Source: Patescibacteria group bacterium (GTDB taxonomy: Bacteria; Patescibacteriota; Minisyncoccia; Phycocordibacterales; CAIZLB01). From it: DNA of 64,000 nucleotides. Every line of letters begins with the position of its first letter. Within the stretch, counting starts at the first letter, position 1. Location: positions 7,650 to 71,649 of the forward strand of contig JAZKJG010000001.1 in NCBI GenBank assembly GCA_040384445.1, written 5' to 3'. The notes beneath the pieces were generated by a model, which saw only the letters and a program-made list of their open reading frames with translations, was not told the origin of the DNA and searched no databases. The position numbers and the translations under genes were made by a program. Below, one piece after another: positions 19,501-25,270 of the stretch.

Positions 19501-21308
19501 TTATTGGGCAAGATGCTGGTTATAACGATACTGTAGATAACTCTTCGAACTATAAATCTTCGATCTTGATTGGAGATTATACATCAACTGGAGGTTTCTC
19601 AAACTCAATTGCTATTGGTCAAGGTACAAAAAACAGTGCGACTGAACAATTAAACTTAGGAGGATTGATTTATGGTTTGGGAATACGGGCAACAACAACA
19701 CCAACAGCGACACCTGTAGTTGGTGGTAAAGTTGGAATTGGAACTTCAACCCCGTCAACAACACTGGATGTATGGGGTAACTTCCAAGTTGGAACTTCTT
19801 CAACACCACTTATATTCGCAAACACTGCAACCGGACGACTTGGAGTTGGAACAAGTGCTCCAGGAGCGTTGCTTGATGTTGGAGGCATAGGAGCATCACC
19901 AACAGGATTCCCTGATATGGTTGCTGGATTTAGAGGAACTGCAAATAACTACATGACTGTTGAGATGCAGAACATAAGTGTTGGAGGAAGTGCAGCAACT
20001 GTATTGTTCCTAAGTGGAATTGGAGGAAGTAATGCAATATCTTTAGGTCAGTATGGTGCAGGAAATTCTGGCTTTACAGGAGGTATTAACAACTATGATG
20101 TATCATTCTTGACTGCTGTAGGTAGTCTTGCTCTGGGTTCAGGGGCTTCAAAAAACATACTGTTCAATATTGGAACAACAGAAGCGGCGCGATTTAACAC
20201 AAGTGGATTCTTAGGTTTAGGAACATCAACTCCATCAACAAGACTTGATGTATGGGGTAATTTCCAAGTTGGAACATCTTCAAATCCAATCATTTTCGCA
20301 AACAGTGGAACTGGACGACTTGGAGTTGGATCATCAACACCGATTGCAATGCTCGCAGTTAAAGGTACTGCAGGTGTAAACCCATTTGTTGTTGCTTCAT
20401 CAACTAACACTCAGATGTTTACGATTACACAAGCTGGAAGTGTGGGAATCGGAAGTTCAACACCAATCGCAACATTCTCACTTACAGGAGTTGGAGGAAC
20501 AAACCCAATCATGATTGCATCATCAACAAATGCCAATATGTTAAGTCTTACACAAACAGGTAGACTTGGGGTTGGTACTTCGAGTCCAGTGCAAAGTTTG
20601 GCTGTTGTAGGAACAATACATTCAACAGTCTTGAACGGAGGTGCAACAACTCTTTCAGTTGATGCAAACGGAAACATTATCAGAACTCCGTCTGATGCAA
20701 CTTTAAAAACACAAGTTGAAACATTAACAAATGCACTTGATAAAGTAAAACAACTTCGAGGTGTGAGTTACCGATGGATTGATACAGAAAGATTTGGTTC
20801 TGATCAAGATATAGGTTTGATTGCACAAGAAGTCGAAACTGTTGTTCCTGAAGTTGTAAAATCAGGAGGAGCATATAAGTCAGTTAACTATCCAAACCTT
20901 GTTGCACTATTAATAGAGGCAATGAAAGAGTTGAATACAAAAGTTGAAAAAATTGCAGCATGGTTTGGAGGAGATCGATTCGATGTACAAGGAGATATTT
21001 GTGTAGACGATGTATGTGTGACGAAAGAGCAATTCAAAGCAATGTTGATCCAAGCACAAAATGGAGGTTCAGGATCATCATACACACCACCAACTCCGGA
21101 TCCTACTCCAACACCTGATCCAACACCAGAACCTACAGATGGAGGAAGTGGTAGTGATGGAGAAGGGACTCCACCGTCTACTGAAGAAACTCCTGCACCA
21201 ACACCAACTCCGACACCTGAGTCAACTCCAGAGCCAACGCCTGAACCTGTTCCAGAACCATCACCAACACCGGCGCCTGAGCCTGCACCTACAGTGGCAG
21301 CAGAATAG
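7575..21308 (+). CDS. Giant (4577 aa) secreted tail-fibre-like adhesin with C-terminal peptidase S74 intramolecular chaperone
   Basis: Signal-peptide-like N-terminus, then an FQG..ATFTFYD..NGYF..IDFNQ..TPR domain. Many GNVGIGTxTP motifs, ~50-aa S/T-rich repeats and 14-aa SNFxG repeats. C-terminal SDATLK..ALDKVKQLRGVSYRW..IGLIAQEVE..VNY..LIEAMKEL, then a P/T/E-rich tail. Confidence 0.9.
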   Translation: MKFPFLTKKLSPIAFLLIIGMFFGVYGNLFAAPATGSLGFQGQLFNNGTAVTGSVNATFTFYDAAIGGSAQGSTILKTVTVANGYFGTQFTESDTTGIDFNQELFIEVVVNGTALTPRSSVNSVPVARKAFGTFAYSSAPAVGEAGSLYFNTTSDTLLVSDGTSWVPAGTASSTTQWTTNGSDLYFTTGNVGIGTSTPADKLSVVGTVRATSFVGDGSQLTGIPVLSTSSVRSMFSSTATGLTYTAGTGVFSLAAGYVIPLTASTTEWAAAAASTTAMTPAYFRGLVSNSVAGLTYNPTTGATTLTAGYNIPLTASTTEWASAAASTSPSAIRGLFSNGATGLTYNSSTGATSLAAGYVIPLSASTTEWAAASASTTAMTPSYFRGLLSATGPISYNSSTGAFTFSTSSLGLTTTNIAEGSNQYFTDARARSALSESVTGLEYATSTGIFSLTSGYVIPTTASTSEWASAAASTTAMTPSYFRGLLSNSAAGLAYNSSTGATTLTAGYNIPLTASTTEWSQAYASTAPSVIRGLFSNSTTGLTYNSSTGATSLTAGYVISLTASTTEWATAYASTTAQTPAYFRGLLSNSVAGLTYNSSTGATTLTAGYNIPLSASSSEWALAYASTSAMTPVYTRGLFSNSTTGLTYNSGTGATSLTAGYVIPLVASTTEWAASSASTSPSAIRGLFSNGATGLTYNSSTGATSFTAGYSIPLTASSTEWSSFFNTPSTRITAGSNLSWAGNTLNAALSFSTSSINYLRNVSGGLETATSTDFLRAAYFTATGTTASTFTNASSTNLTITGSLYNSSLSNGCLEVSGGLVTSTGSNCGVGSGGITSLNGQTNSSQSFATSSTAGTFGFGFSSAGGIHTLNISLASSTNTGLLSASDWTTFNNKQGVLSFGNLTSSATGLSVTGGTGAVVGAGAAVTLAAGYSIPLSASTTEWSVAYASTTALTPAYFRALLSNSATGLTYNSGTGATSLTAGYVIPLVASTTEWAAVAASTTPSAIRGLFSNSATGLTYNSSTGATSFTAGYSIPLTASSTEWSSFFNTPSTRITAGSNLSWAGNTLNANISTSSINYLRLVSGGLEISTSTDFIRAAYFTATSTTVSTFAGAVAIGTTTSLAKFDVNAGSALHANAFNIYGVSTLGIGSVFGRISNTNTTGRTLFSLGETSGDTSTPFYIQRYGSTHATTPNLVEIGIATATGDMAFLTNSVERLRVTSSGNVGIGSSTPSATLGVAGSLNVTGAFRANGDAGTSGQIFQSTGSGASWISTSTLNILGTTTIRTLFSSTATGLTYTSGTGVFSLTAGYVIPLTASSSEWALAYASTSAMTPTYTRGLFSNSTTGLTYNSGTGATSLTAGYVIPLVASTTEWAASSASTSPSVIRSLFSNSAAGLTYSSTTGATTLTAGYSIPLTASSTEWSSFFNTPSTRITAGNNLSWTGNTLNASFSTSSVNYVRIVSGGLETATSTDFLRAAYFTATSTTGTSTFAGLVGIGTTTPSATLGVNGSINVTGAFRANGDAGTSGQIFQSTGSGASWISTSTLNILGTTTIRTLFSSTATGLTYTSGTGVFSLTAGYVIPLTASTTEWATAYASTTALTPAYFRGLLSNSATGLTYNSTTGATSFTAGYSIPLTASSTEWSSFFNTPSTRITAGSNLTWSGNTLNANISTSSINYLRLVSGGLETSTSTDFLRAAFFTATSTTATSTFAGYVGVGTSSPLAKLHVFGGTASPQVVVDSGSQNLDLYAAATTSNIDFSSILLFRSKTFANRGTNTGAVEYGRFDASGNFQVGTSTALGRVNIQGVNSSPTNAALSVYNSTGTNLLNVMNGGNVGIGSSTPSATLGVAGSLNVTGAFRANGDAGTSGQIFQSTGSGASWISTSTLNILGTTTIRTLFSSTATGLTYTSGTGVFSLTAGYVIPLVASSSEWSLAYASTSAMTPTYTRGLFSNSTTGLTYNSGTGATSLTAGYVIPLIASTTQWATAYASTTALTPAYFRGLLSNSATGLTYNSTTGATSFTAGYSIPLTASSTEWSSFFNTPSTRITAGSNLTWSGNTLNANISTSSINYLRLVSGGLETATSTNFLRAAYFTATSTTGTSTFAGAVAIGTTTSPYKLAVIGDSYFSGNINAFSYGADAYHILGSNQHNTVTIKKGTGYGSGIHFEDGSSNLWDISTDSSNNFSIFNYSPSATAFAINKSNNYVGIGTSTPIFALDVVGAAGTVIRANSSGSTYIDANTGSASSNGGFSFSALGSNKWLLYRDGDDDSVNFFSNTLAQSVLTMNAAGNVGIGTTTPTEKLSIAGALNLTGAFKSNGNAGTLGQVLQTTGTGVQWVATSSLGISGGSLSGGTDGYLARWTSASTLSSGLFLDNGTVAGINATSSSYTFNVKGNSGVNPFNVASSTGTSMFAIANNGRVTVYGDIETDDDISNTFLGVGAGKGSVLDGGSNTAVGSDALYTNTGSFGGYGYDNTALGAYSLYSLNAVSGGSGYANVAVGVKALWLNVLGSENVALGTKALEDMTDGYGNIAIGNNAGNNQTLGSYNIVIGNVVSLASTTGSNQLNIGNLLFGTDLGTGGGISTGNIGIGTNAPAYRLDVNGTGRFVRSSVDGALVLDNSTSDANSILFQTAASNKWSTYLSGNDLRFYDYSGNADRLTLKSGGNVGIGTTTPTERLSIAGALNLTGAFKANGDAGSVGYVMISQGTSTAPIWVATSSLGLSGGAGVGTINSGTAGQVAFYAGSGTTVSGTSTLFFSAGNIGIGTTTPGYRLTVDGDVWLGTTTLANGNLVIGKDGSVTSRGQAGSVFLGLDAGNGATSSNSSNFFGISAGQNAAYASYSNFFGEEAGYGATYATNSNFFGDSAGYDATNAESANFFGNEAGVNATNALFSNFFGAAAGYGATDAANSNFFGRQAGSYATDAYNANFFGDFAGSGATYATNSNFFGDSAGYDATYAYNSNFFGEQAGYDAENAYDSNFLGSSAGAYADNASSSNFIGNDAGAYSINAAFSNFLGQSAGYDADNAFNSNFIGRVTGYQATNARDSNFMGYGAGQSSTNAAFSNFFGNNAGGNAPNASYSNFLGVSAGGNATNAANSNFIGYSAGASATNAPFSNFIGYNAGNSATNASTSNFIGYNAGNAATNAAFSNFIGNNAGYGATNANFSNMQGYNAGYAATGAVASNFFGLSAGSYATGAHNANFIGNSAGGSATYAAYGNFIGANAGVNATNGEFSTFIGYNAGNAATNASSSVFIGYAAGQSATNARQSNFIGNGSGYLATNATLSNFFGINAGNSATNASSSNFIGYGTGASATNAAFSNFSGQDAGASATNASYSNFFGSQAGQLATNAVNANFFGRQTGFLATDAYDSNFIGYGAGYLATYASSSNFLGRSAGSGATNAAFSNFIGNSAGNSATDAIYSNFFGVNAGIFATGASNSNFMGYSAGHTATNAYLSNFLGRAAGSGATYAAYSNFLGYNAGLNATNAEYSNFIGNSAGETATNASTSNFIGNNAGKQATNALLSNFIGNSAGYLATNAALSNFIGNGAGNSAPNAAISNFIGYNAGNDADNASSSNFIGFQAGMQATNASSSNIIGTYAGYQSTNAAYSNFIGYGAGQYATNARNSNFIGLGAGGGGVGSYDSNFFGVNAGSNTNSYRSNFIGYNAGTDSLNATSSNFFGEYAGYDSDNAAKSNFIGHFAGYNATNATRSNFIGELAGFQATNAIDSSFIGRQAGEYATNASSSVFIGRTAGASAVNAAFSTFIGNAAGDSATGADNAIFIGNAPGYAATNTSDVIFLGRATGQYAYNASNSFFAGYAAGYGATNASMMNVIGWNAGNGATDATFSNFMGYSAGYGATNVSFSNFFGATAGYGATYASQSNFFGQYAGQNAVNAGASNFFGGGAGDGATDAASSNFFGFNAGALATDASFSNFLGQYAGKDATYASLSNFIGFSAGEDATNATQSIFIGSNAGKNAAFANSSIFIGQDAGYNDTVDNSSNYKSSILIGDYTSTGGFSNSIAIGQGTKNSATEQLNLGGLIYGLGIRATTTPTATPVVGGKVGIGTSTPSTTLDVWGNFQVGTSSTPLIFANTATGRLGVGTSAPGALLDVGGIGASPTGFPDMVAGFRGTANNYMTVEMQNISVGGSAATVLFLSGIGGSNAISLGQYGAGNSGFTGGINNYDVSFLTAVGSLALGSGASKNILFNIGTTEAARFNTSGFLGLGTSTPSTRLDVWGNFQVGTSSNPIIFANSGTGRLGVGSSTPIAMLAVKGTAGVNPFVVASSTNTQMFTITQAGSVGIGSSTPIATFSLTGVGGTNPIMIASSTNANMLSLTQTGRLGVGTSSPVQSLAVVGTIHSTVLNGGATTLSVDANGNIIRTPSDATLKTQVETLTNALDKVKQLRGVSYRWIDTERFGSDQDIGLIAQEVETVVPEVVKSGGAYKSVNYPNLVALLIEAMKELNTKVEKIAAWFGGDRFDVQGDICVDDVCVTKEQFKAMLIQAQNGGSGSSYTPPTPDPTPTPDPTPEPTDGGSGSDGEGTPPSTEETPAPTPTPTPESTPEPTPEPVPEPSPTPAPEPAPTVAAE
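8270..13750 (+). repeat. About 20 copies of a ~49-52 aa coding repeat in fibre 1, including near-identical DNA duplications
   Basis: Unit SN(S/G)xxGLTYNSxTGATSLTAGYxIPLxASTTEW...RGLF. A ~150 bp block starting GCATTCCGAGCAAACGGTGACGCAGG recurs at 11313, 12120 and 13140. Confidence 0.9.
15978..19530 (+). repeat. 42-nt / 14-aa coding tandem repeat in fibre 1 (roughly 85 units by length)
   Basis: Consensus ATNAxxSNF(F/I/L)GxxAG. The DNA core TCAAACTT(C/T) recurs every ~42 nt. Confidence 0.92.
20691..20960 (+). other. Peptidase S74 / intramolecular chaperone autocleavage domain
   Basis: S-D-x-x-L-K at 20691-20708 (Ser4373), followed by GLIAQEV and VNY..LIEAMKEL motifs. Confidence 0.85.
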
Positions 21309-21378
21309 TATAAATTACTTGCTATATCATTGAACTAATTGATATAATATAAAAACAAACAAATAATAAAAAACATTC

Positions 21379-22029
21379 ATGACACCCTTACTTAAAAAAA
21401 GCATTACTTCATTTGTTTCAATTACACTATGTACTTTGAGTATATTTATAATCGCAGAACCTGCGATTATAAGTGCGGTTACAGATGATGTAGTTGTCAA
21501 CTTGACTGTTGATTCTGGGATCGCGATTACATCTCCTACCGATGTAACACTTGGATCATCTAACATGGGTGTGTCAGTAAACAGTGCTATTGGAACAGCT
21601 GTGTGGAACGTTAAAACAAACGATCCGGATGGATATTTGTTAACTATTAAAAATGCCTCAACTTCTCCAGCACTAAAGGGAGCTGGTGGAATTGGAAATT
21701 TTGCTGATTACACAGAAGCAGTTGCGAACACTCCTGAACTCTGGGCAGTGGATGCATCAACATATCAGTTTGGTTACTCAGTGAGGGGAACAGATGTGAA
21801 CACTGGTACATATGGATCAGGTGCAGATTGCGGAACAGGTAACACACCAAGTGGAACACTTAAGTATCGACATGCTTCAACAACTGCCATCACAGCAGCT
21901 ACGCGCTCGTCTACAACCACTACGGCTGGAATTGATACAACTGCTTGTTTCGCCGCAGGGCAGAACGGTGTGTATGCAGCCGCAGGTTCATATAGTGCTA
22001 CAATTACAGCAACAGCTACAACACTCTAG
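21379..22029 (+). CDS. Secreted pilin/WxL-like beta-sandwich protein (subunit A)
   Basis: Signal peptide, N-terminal strand VVVNLTV, WNVKTNxxxGYxLT motif and C-terminal AGSYSATITATA. Paralogous to 23075-23824. Confidence 0.7.
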   Translation: MTPLLKKSITSFVSITLCTLSIFIIAEPAIISAVTDDVVVNLTVDSGIAITSPTDVTLGSSNMGVSVNSAIGTAVWNVKTNDPDGYLLTIKNASTSPALKGAGGIGNFADYTEAVANTPELWAVDASTYQFGYSVRGTDVNTGTYGSGADCGTGNTPSGTLKYRHASTTAITAATRSSTTTTAGIDTTACFAAGQNGVYAAAGSYSATITATATTL

Positions 22030-22077
22030 GAAGTGTGCAAGTAAACTGTATATTTCTAAATTTAATCCCAAGATAAT

Positions 22078-23046
22078 ATGAGTCACGTAACGCACATGCT
22101 AAAAAAAAATATTATCAGAGGATTGCTCCTGTGTATAATCATTTTCTCGTCCCAGGCACATGCTGAGGTTGTGAGAACACAACTCAATGTAGATGATACA
22201 AATGACTTTGTTGTTGAACCTGGAAAAACTGAAATATACTTAAATCCTGGGGAATCAATTAAGAAAAGTGTTTCAATAACAAATAGACAAAATAAAAAAG
22301 TTTCGTACTCGATTAAGATCGAAGATTTTGTTGGAACAGAAGACCCAAATAATCCAATTAAACTATTAGGAGAGGAGGCTGGACCGTATTCTCTTAAAAA
22401 TCTTGTAGTTCCTGAATTGGCAGAGTTTACTTTAAATTTTGGGGAACGAATTGTTATACCAATAGAAGTAAATATACCCGTAACAGCAGAACCTCGTGGA
22501 TATTACGGGGCAATAGTTGTATCTAATCAACCAGAAATCGACGATCAAGTTTCAGGGAACTCTGGAGCAGAGGGAAAAACTAGACTCATTTCTAGAATTG
22601 GTTCGCTTTTGCTTGTGAGAGTGAATGGGTTAGGGGAGGAATCAGGAAAGCTTGAAGATTTAAAACTGTTAGGACCTTCAAAATTATTTTATGAAAAAAA
22701 ACCAGCAGGGTTTGAAATATTGTTTAGAAATGATGGAAATGTGCACCTTGTCCCAAGTGGAAAAATTTCTATCACGAATATTATAGGAAAAAAAGTTGCA
22801 GAGCTTCCTGTTGATGCATATTTTGCACTTCCGGATTCTTTGCGATACAGAGAAATCCAGTGGCAAGAAGGATTTGGATTTGGAAGATATAAAGCTAATC
22901 TTTCATTGTATAGGGGGTATGGAAATCAATTCGATGAAGATTCGGTTGTGTTCTGGGTTTTGCCTTGGAAATTATTACTTGCAATATTTGTTATAATTTG
23001 TTTTATATATTATATTTCAAGGAAATTTGAATTTAAAAGAAAGTAA
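22078..23046 (+). CDS. DUF916/DUF3324-like (WxL-interacting / pilus-chaperone-like) protein with C-terminal membrane anchor
   Basis: Signal peptide, PGESIKKSVSITN, IPVTAEPRGYYGAIVV, FRNDGNVHLVP. C-terminal helix LLLAIFVIICFIYYI followed by RKFEFKRK. Confidence 0.7.
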   Translation: MSHVTHMLKKNIIRGLLLCIIIFSSQAHAEVVRTQLNVDDTNDFVVEPGKTEIYLNPGESIKKSVSITNRQNKKVSYSIKIEDFVGTEDPNNPIKLLGEEAGPYSLKNLVVPELAEFTLNFGERIVIPIEVNIPVTAEPRGYYGAIVVSNQPEIDDQVSGNSGAEGKTRLISRIGSLLLVRVNGLGEESGKLEDLKLLGPSKLFYEKKPAGFEILFRNDGNVHLVPSGKISITNIIGKKVAELPVDAYFALPDSLRYREIQWQEGFGFGRYKANLSLYRGYGNQFDEDSVVFWVLPWKLLLAIFVIICFIYYISRKFEFKRK

Positions 23047-23074
23047 TTTTGAATTTGTAACATATTAATAATCC

Positions 23075-23824
23075 ATGACACATCGTCATTTTCACAGTTT
23101 CATAATGATACTTCTGACTTTTGTTCCTATCTATGCAATAGGACAAGTGATGCAGAGTACTGTGTACAAGATTGAATCTGACAGTATTAATTTTGGAGGA
23201 GGAAATTCATCAAGTACAAGCTATAGTCTAGAAGATACCTTGGGTGAAATTGCTTCAGGGTATAGTTCGAGTTCTTCTTATGTGATGAATGCAGGCTATC
23301 AACACATGAATGAGTCCACATACATAACTCTAAGTGCTTTGAGCGATTTAAATCTTGGAACAATTGGAGGGTTCGTAGGAGGTGTTGCAACAGGAACTCA
23401 TTCGTGGGTGGTTACTACAAATAACCCTGAAGGATACACACTCACCGCCAAAGCATCAACAGCGCCAGCTCTCACATCTGGTGCGGCATCTTTTGGTGAC
23501 TACGTTCCCGCTGGACCTGACCCTGATCTAAACTTTACAGTTTCTGCAACGAGTTCAAAGTTCGGATTTTCACCTGAAGGTGTGGATGTTGTGCAAAGAT
23601 TTAAGGATAATGGATCGTCATGTAATGCAGGAACATCAAACACAACCGATGCATGTTGGGATGGATTTTCAACTACAACAAAATCTGTATCATTAAGAAA
23701 TTCAAGTAATTTACCATCAGGTTCAACAACGACTATAAAATACCGTGCAGAAATCGGAGCCTCATATTTTCAGGATGCAGGTGATTATTCTGCAATTATA
23801 ACAATTACCGCGCTTGCACTATAA
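23075..23824 (+). CDS. Secreted pilin/WxL-like beta-sandwich protein (subunit B)
   Basis: Signal peptide and a Ser-rich N-domain (MQSTVYKIESDSINFGG). WVVTTNxxEGYTLT motif and C-terminal AGDYSAIITITALAL. Confidence 0.7.
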   Translation: MTHRHFHSFIMILLTFVPIYAIGQVMQSTVYKIESDSINFGGGNSSSTSYSLEDTLGEIASGYSSSSSYVMNAGYQHMNESTYITLSALSDLNLGTIGGFVGGVATGTHSWVVTTNNPEGYTLTAKASTAPALTSGAASFGDYVPAGPDPDLNFTVSATSSKFGFSPEGVDVVQRFKDNGSSCNAGTSNTTDACWDGFSTTTKSVSLRNSSNLPSGSTTTIKYRAEIGASYFQDAGDYSAIITITALAL

Positions 23825-25182
23825 TGAAAAAAAATGTATTCACGCATGTAAAAATCTTAACTTTAACTAGTATGTGTGTTATGGGTTTAGGTTTGCATGC
23901 GGATATAGATGTTAATTTAATGGTCGAAGGTTGCAATAATGATACTGTGTGTGAAATTCAGTACGGTGAAAGTTTTAATTCATGTCCAAACGATTGTGCC
24001 TATGTTGCGCCAACATCAACTCCTCCAACGCCAGTCACTCCACTGCCATCTGCTGATTCTTCTGGAATACTATTTGGAACTAAGGGTGACACAACATTGC
24101 GATTTGAAAATGTTCATATTACGCACGGACTTGATTCTGCTGTTTTAACATGGAATACGACACGTCCCACTAAGTCATCAATCAGTTGGGGACTGACAGA
24201 TGATTACGCTGAAGGTGTGCTGTCGGAAATTGAATTCATCAAAACACATTCATCAAAAATTAATAATATTATTCCAGGAAAAATATATGTATTTAAAATT
24301 ACGGCAGTAGATGCAGACGGAGTTTATGTAACATATTCTGGAAACTTTTTACTTAAAAAAGAAACCCCTGTACTCTTGCCACTAAACGTTGCTGATTTTA
24401 GAATTTTTACTGCTCCAACAGGAATTGGACTCAGGTGGAATAATGTAAGTGATTTAGAATATGAATATGTACGAATTATTAGGTCCACAACAGGATATCC
24501 TCATAATCCATCAGATGGAAAAGTTGTATATGAGGGTAAGGGACAAAGCTTTGTAGATATAAATGTGCTTGAGGGGGTAAGATATTATTATGCTGCGTTT
24601 GTTCGAAATCAATCCTCACAATATTCTTCAGGAGTTTTAAGGACAGTAATAAAATATAAAAACGGAATCACTCCACTTGATTCTGATGTTGGTTTTCCAT
24701 TTGAAAATGATAATCAGATAGATACTGCAATTCCGTCAAATGTATTCCAACTCACACATCAAGATATAGATTTTATTCAAAATAATACAAAGATCTCTTT
24801 CATATCTTCAGTCGTCCCTGTAAATTCAAGTATTCCGCTAATTGTAAGTGTTCCTAAATTTAATAATTCAGTAGTGTTTTTGACAATGACCTCAAGTGAT
24901 CAGACATATTTATTTGCATACAATGTTAGCGATGATAGATTAGAGGTGCAAATTCCATCCTTGCACACAGATAATTCTATTGAATATTTTCTGTATATAT
25001 TAAATGATGGTACTTTCTATAAGCTTAATCAAGGAACATTCGACCTGTCTCCATCTGTCGATTATACCGACACGAGAAATGGCAAAAAAAGAGCTCAAAA
25101 CCTTAAAGATTTTCTTATAATTATACCTATTGCTGTTTTTTTGATTGCGATTAAATTGATTTATAGAATTTTTAAAAAATAA
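23824..25182 (+). CDS. Secreted, C-terminally anchored protein with Cys-rich N-motif and Fn3-like domains
   Basis: CNNDTVCE..GESFNSCPNDC motif. Fn3-like LTWNTTRPTKSSISWG..HSSKI..YVFKI and LRWNN..VYEG..YYYAAFV. C-terminal TM plus RIFKK. Start overlaps the upstream stop (TAATG). Confidence 0.75.
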   Translation: MKKNVFTHVKILTLTSMCVMGLGLHADIDVNLMVEGCNNDTVCEIQYGESFNSCPNDCAYVAPTSTPPTPVTPLPSADSSGILFGTKGDTTLRFENVHITHGLDSAVLTWNTTRPTKSSISWGLTDDYAEGVLSEIEFIKTHSSKINNIIPGKIYVFKITAVDADGVYVTYSGNFLLKKETPVLLPLNVADFRIFTAPTGIGLRWNNVSDLEYEYVRIIRSTTGYPHNPSDGKVVYEGKGQSFVDINVLEGVRYYYAAFVRNQSSQYSSGVLRTVIKYKNGITPLDSDVGFPFENDNQIDTAIPSNVFQLTHQDIDFIQNNTKISFISSVVPVNSSIPLIVSVPKFNNSVVFLTMTSSDQTYLFAYNVSDDRLEVQIPSLHTDNSIEYFLYILNDGTFYKLNQGTFDLSPSVDYTDTRNGKKRAQNLKDFLIIIPIAVFLIAIKLIYRIFKK

Positions 25183-25270
25183 GCACATTTCACGAAATAA
25201 TTGTTGATAATTGTTTCGTTTTTTCGTAATTAAAATCTACTGTCTATGATATAATATAACTATATTTCGT

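Noticed and set aside
15978-19530. 42-nt periodic DNA resembling a CRISPR array (also 29008-30670)
   Set aside because: The period is a codon multiple inside an open frame, variation is at synonymous and variable residues, the intervening parts are similar to each other, and there are no cas genes.
15978-19530. Ice-nucleation protein (AGYGAT resembles AGYGST)
   Set aside because: The period is 14 aa with an NFxG core, not the 16-aa AGYGSTxTAxxxSxLx unit.
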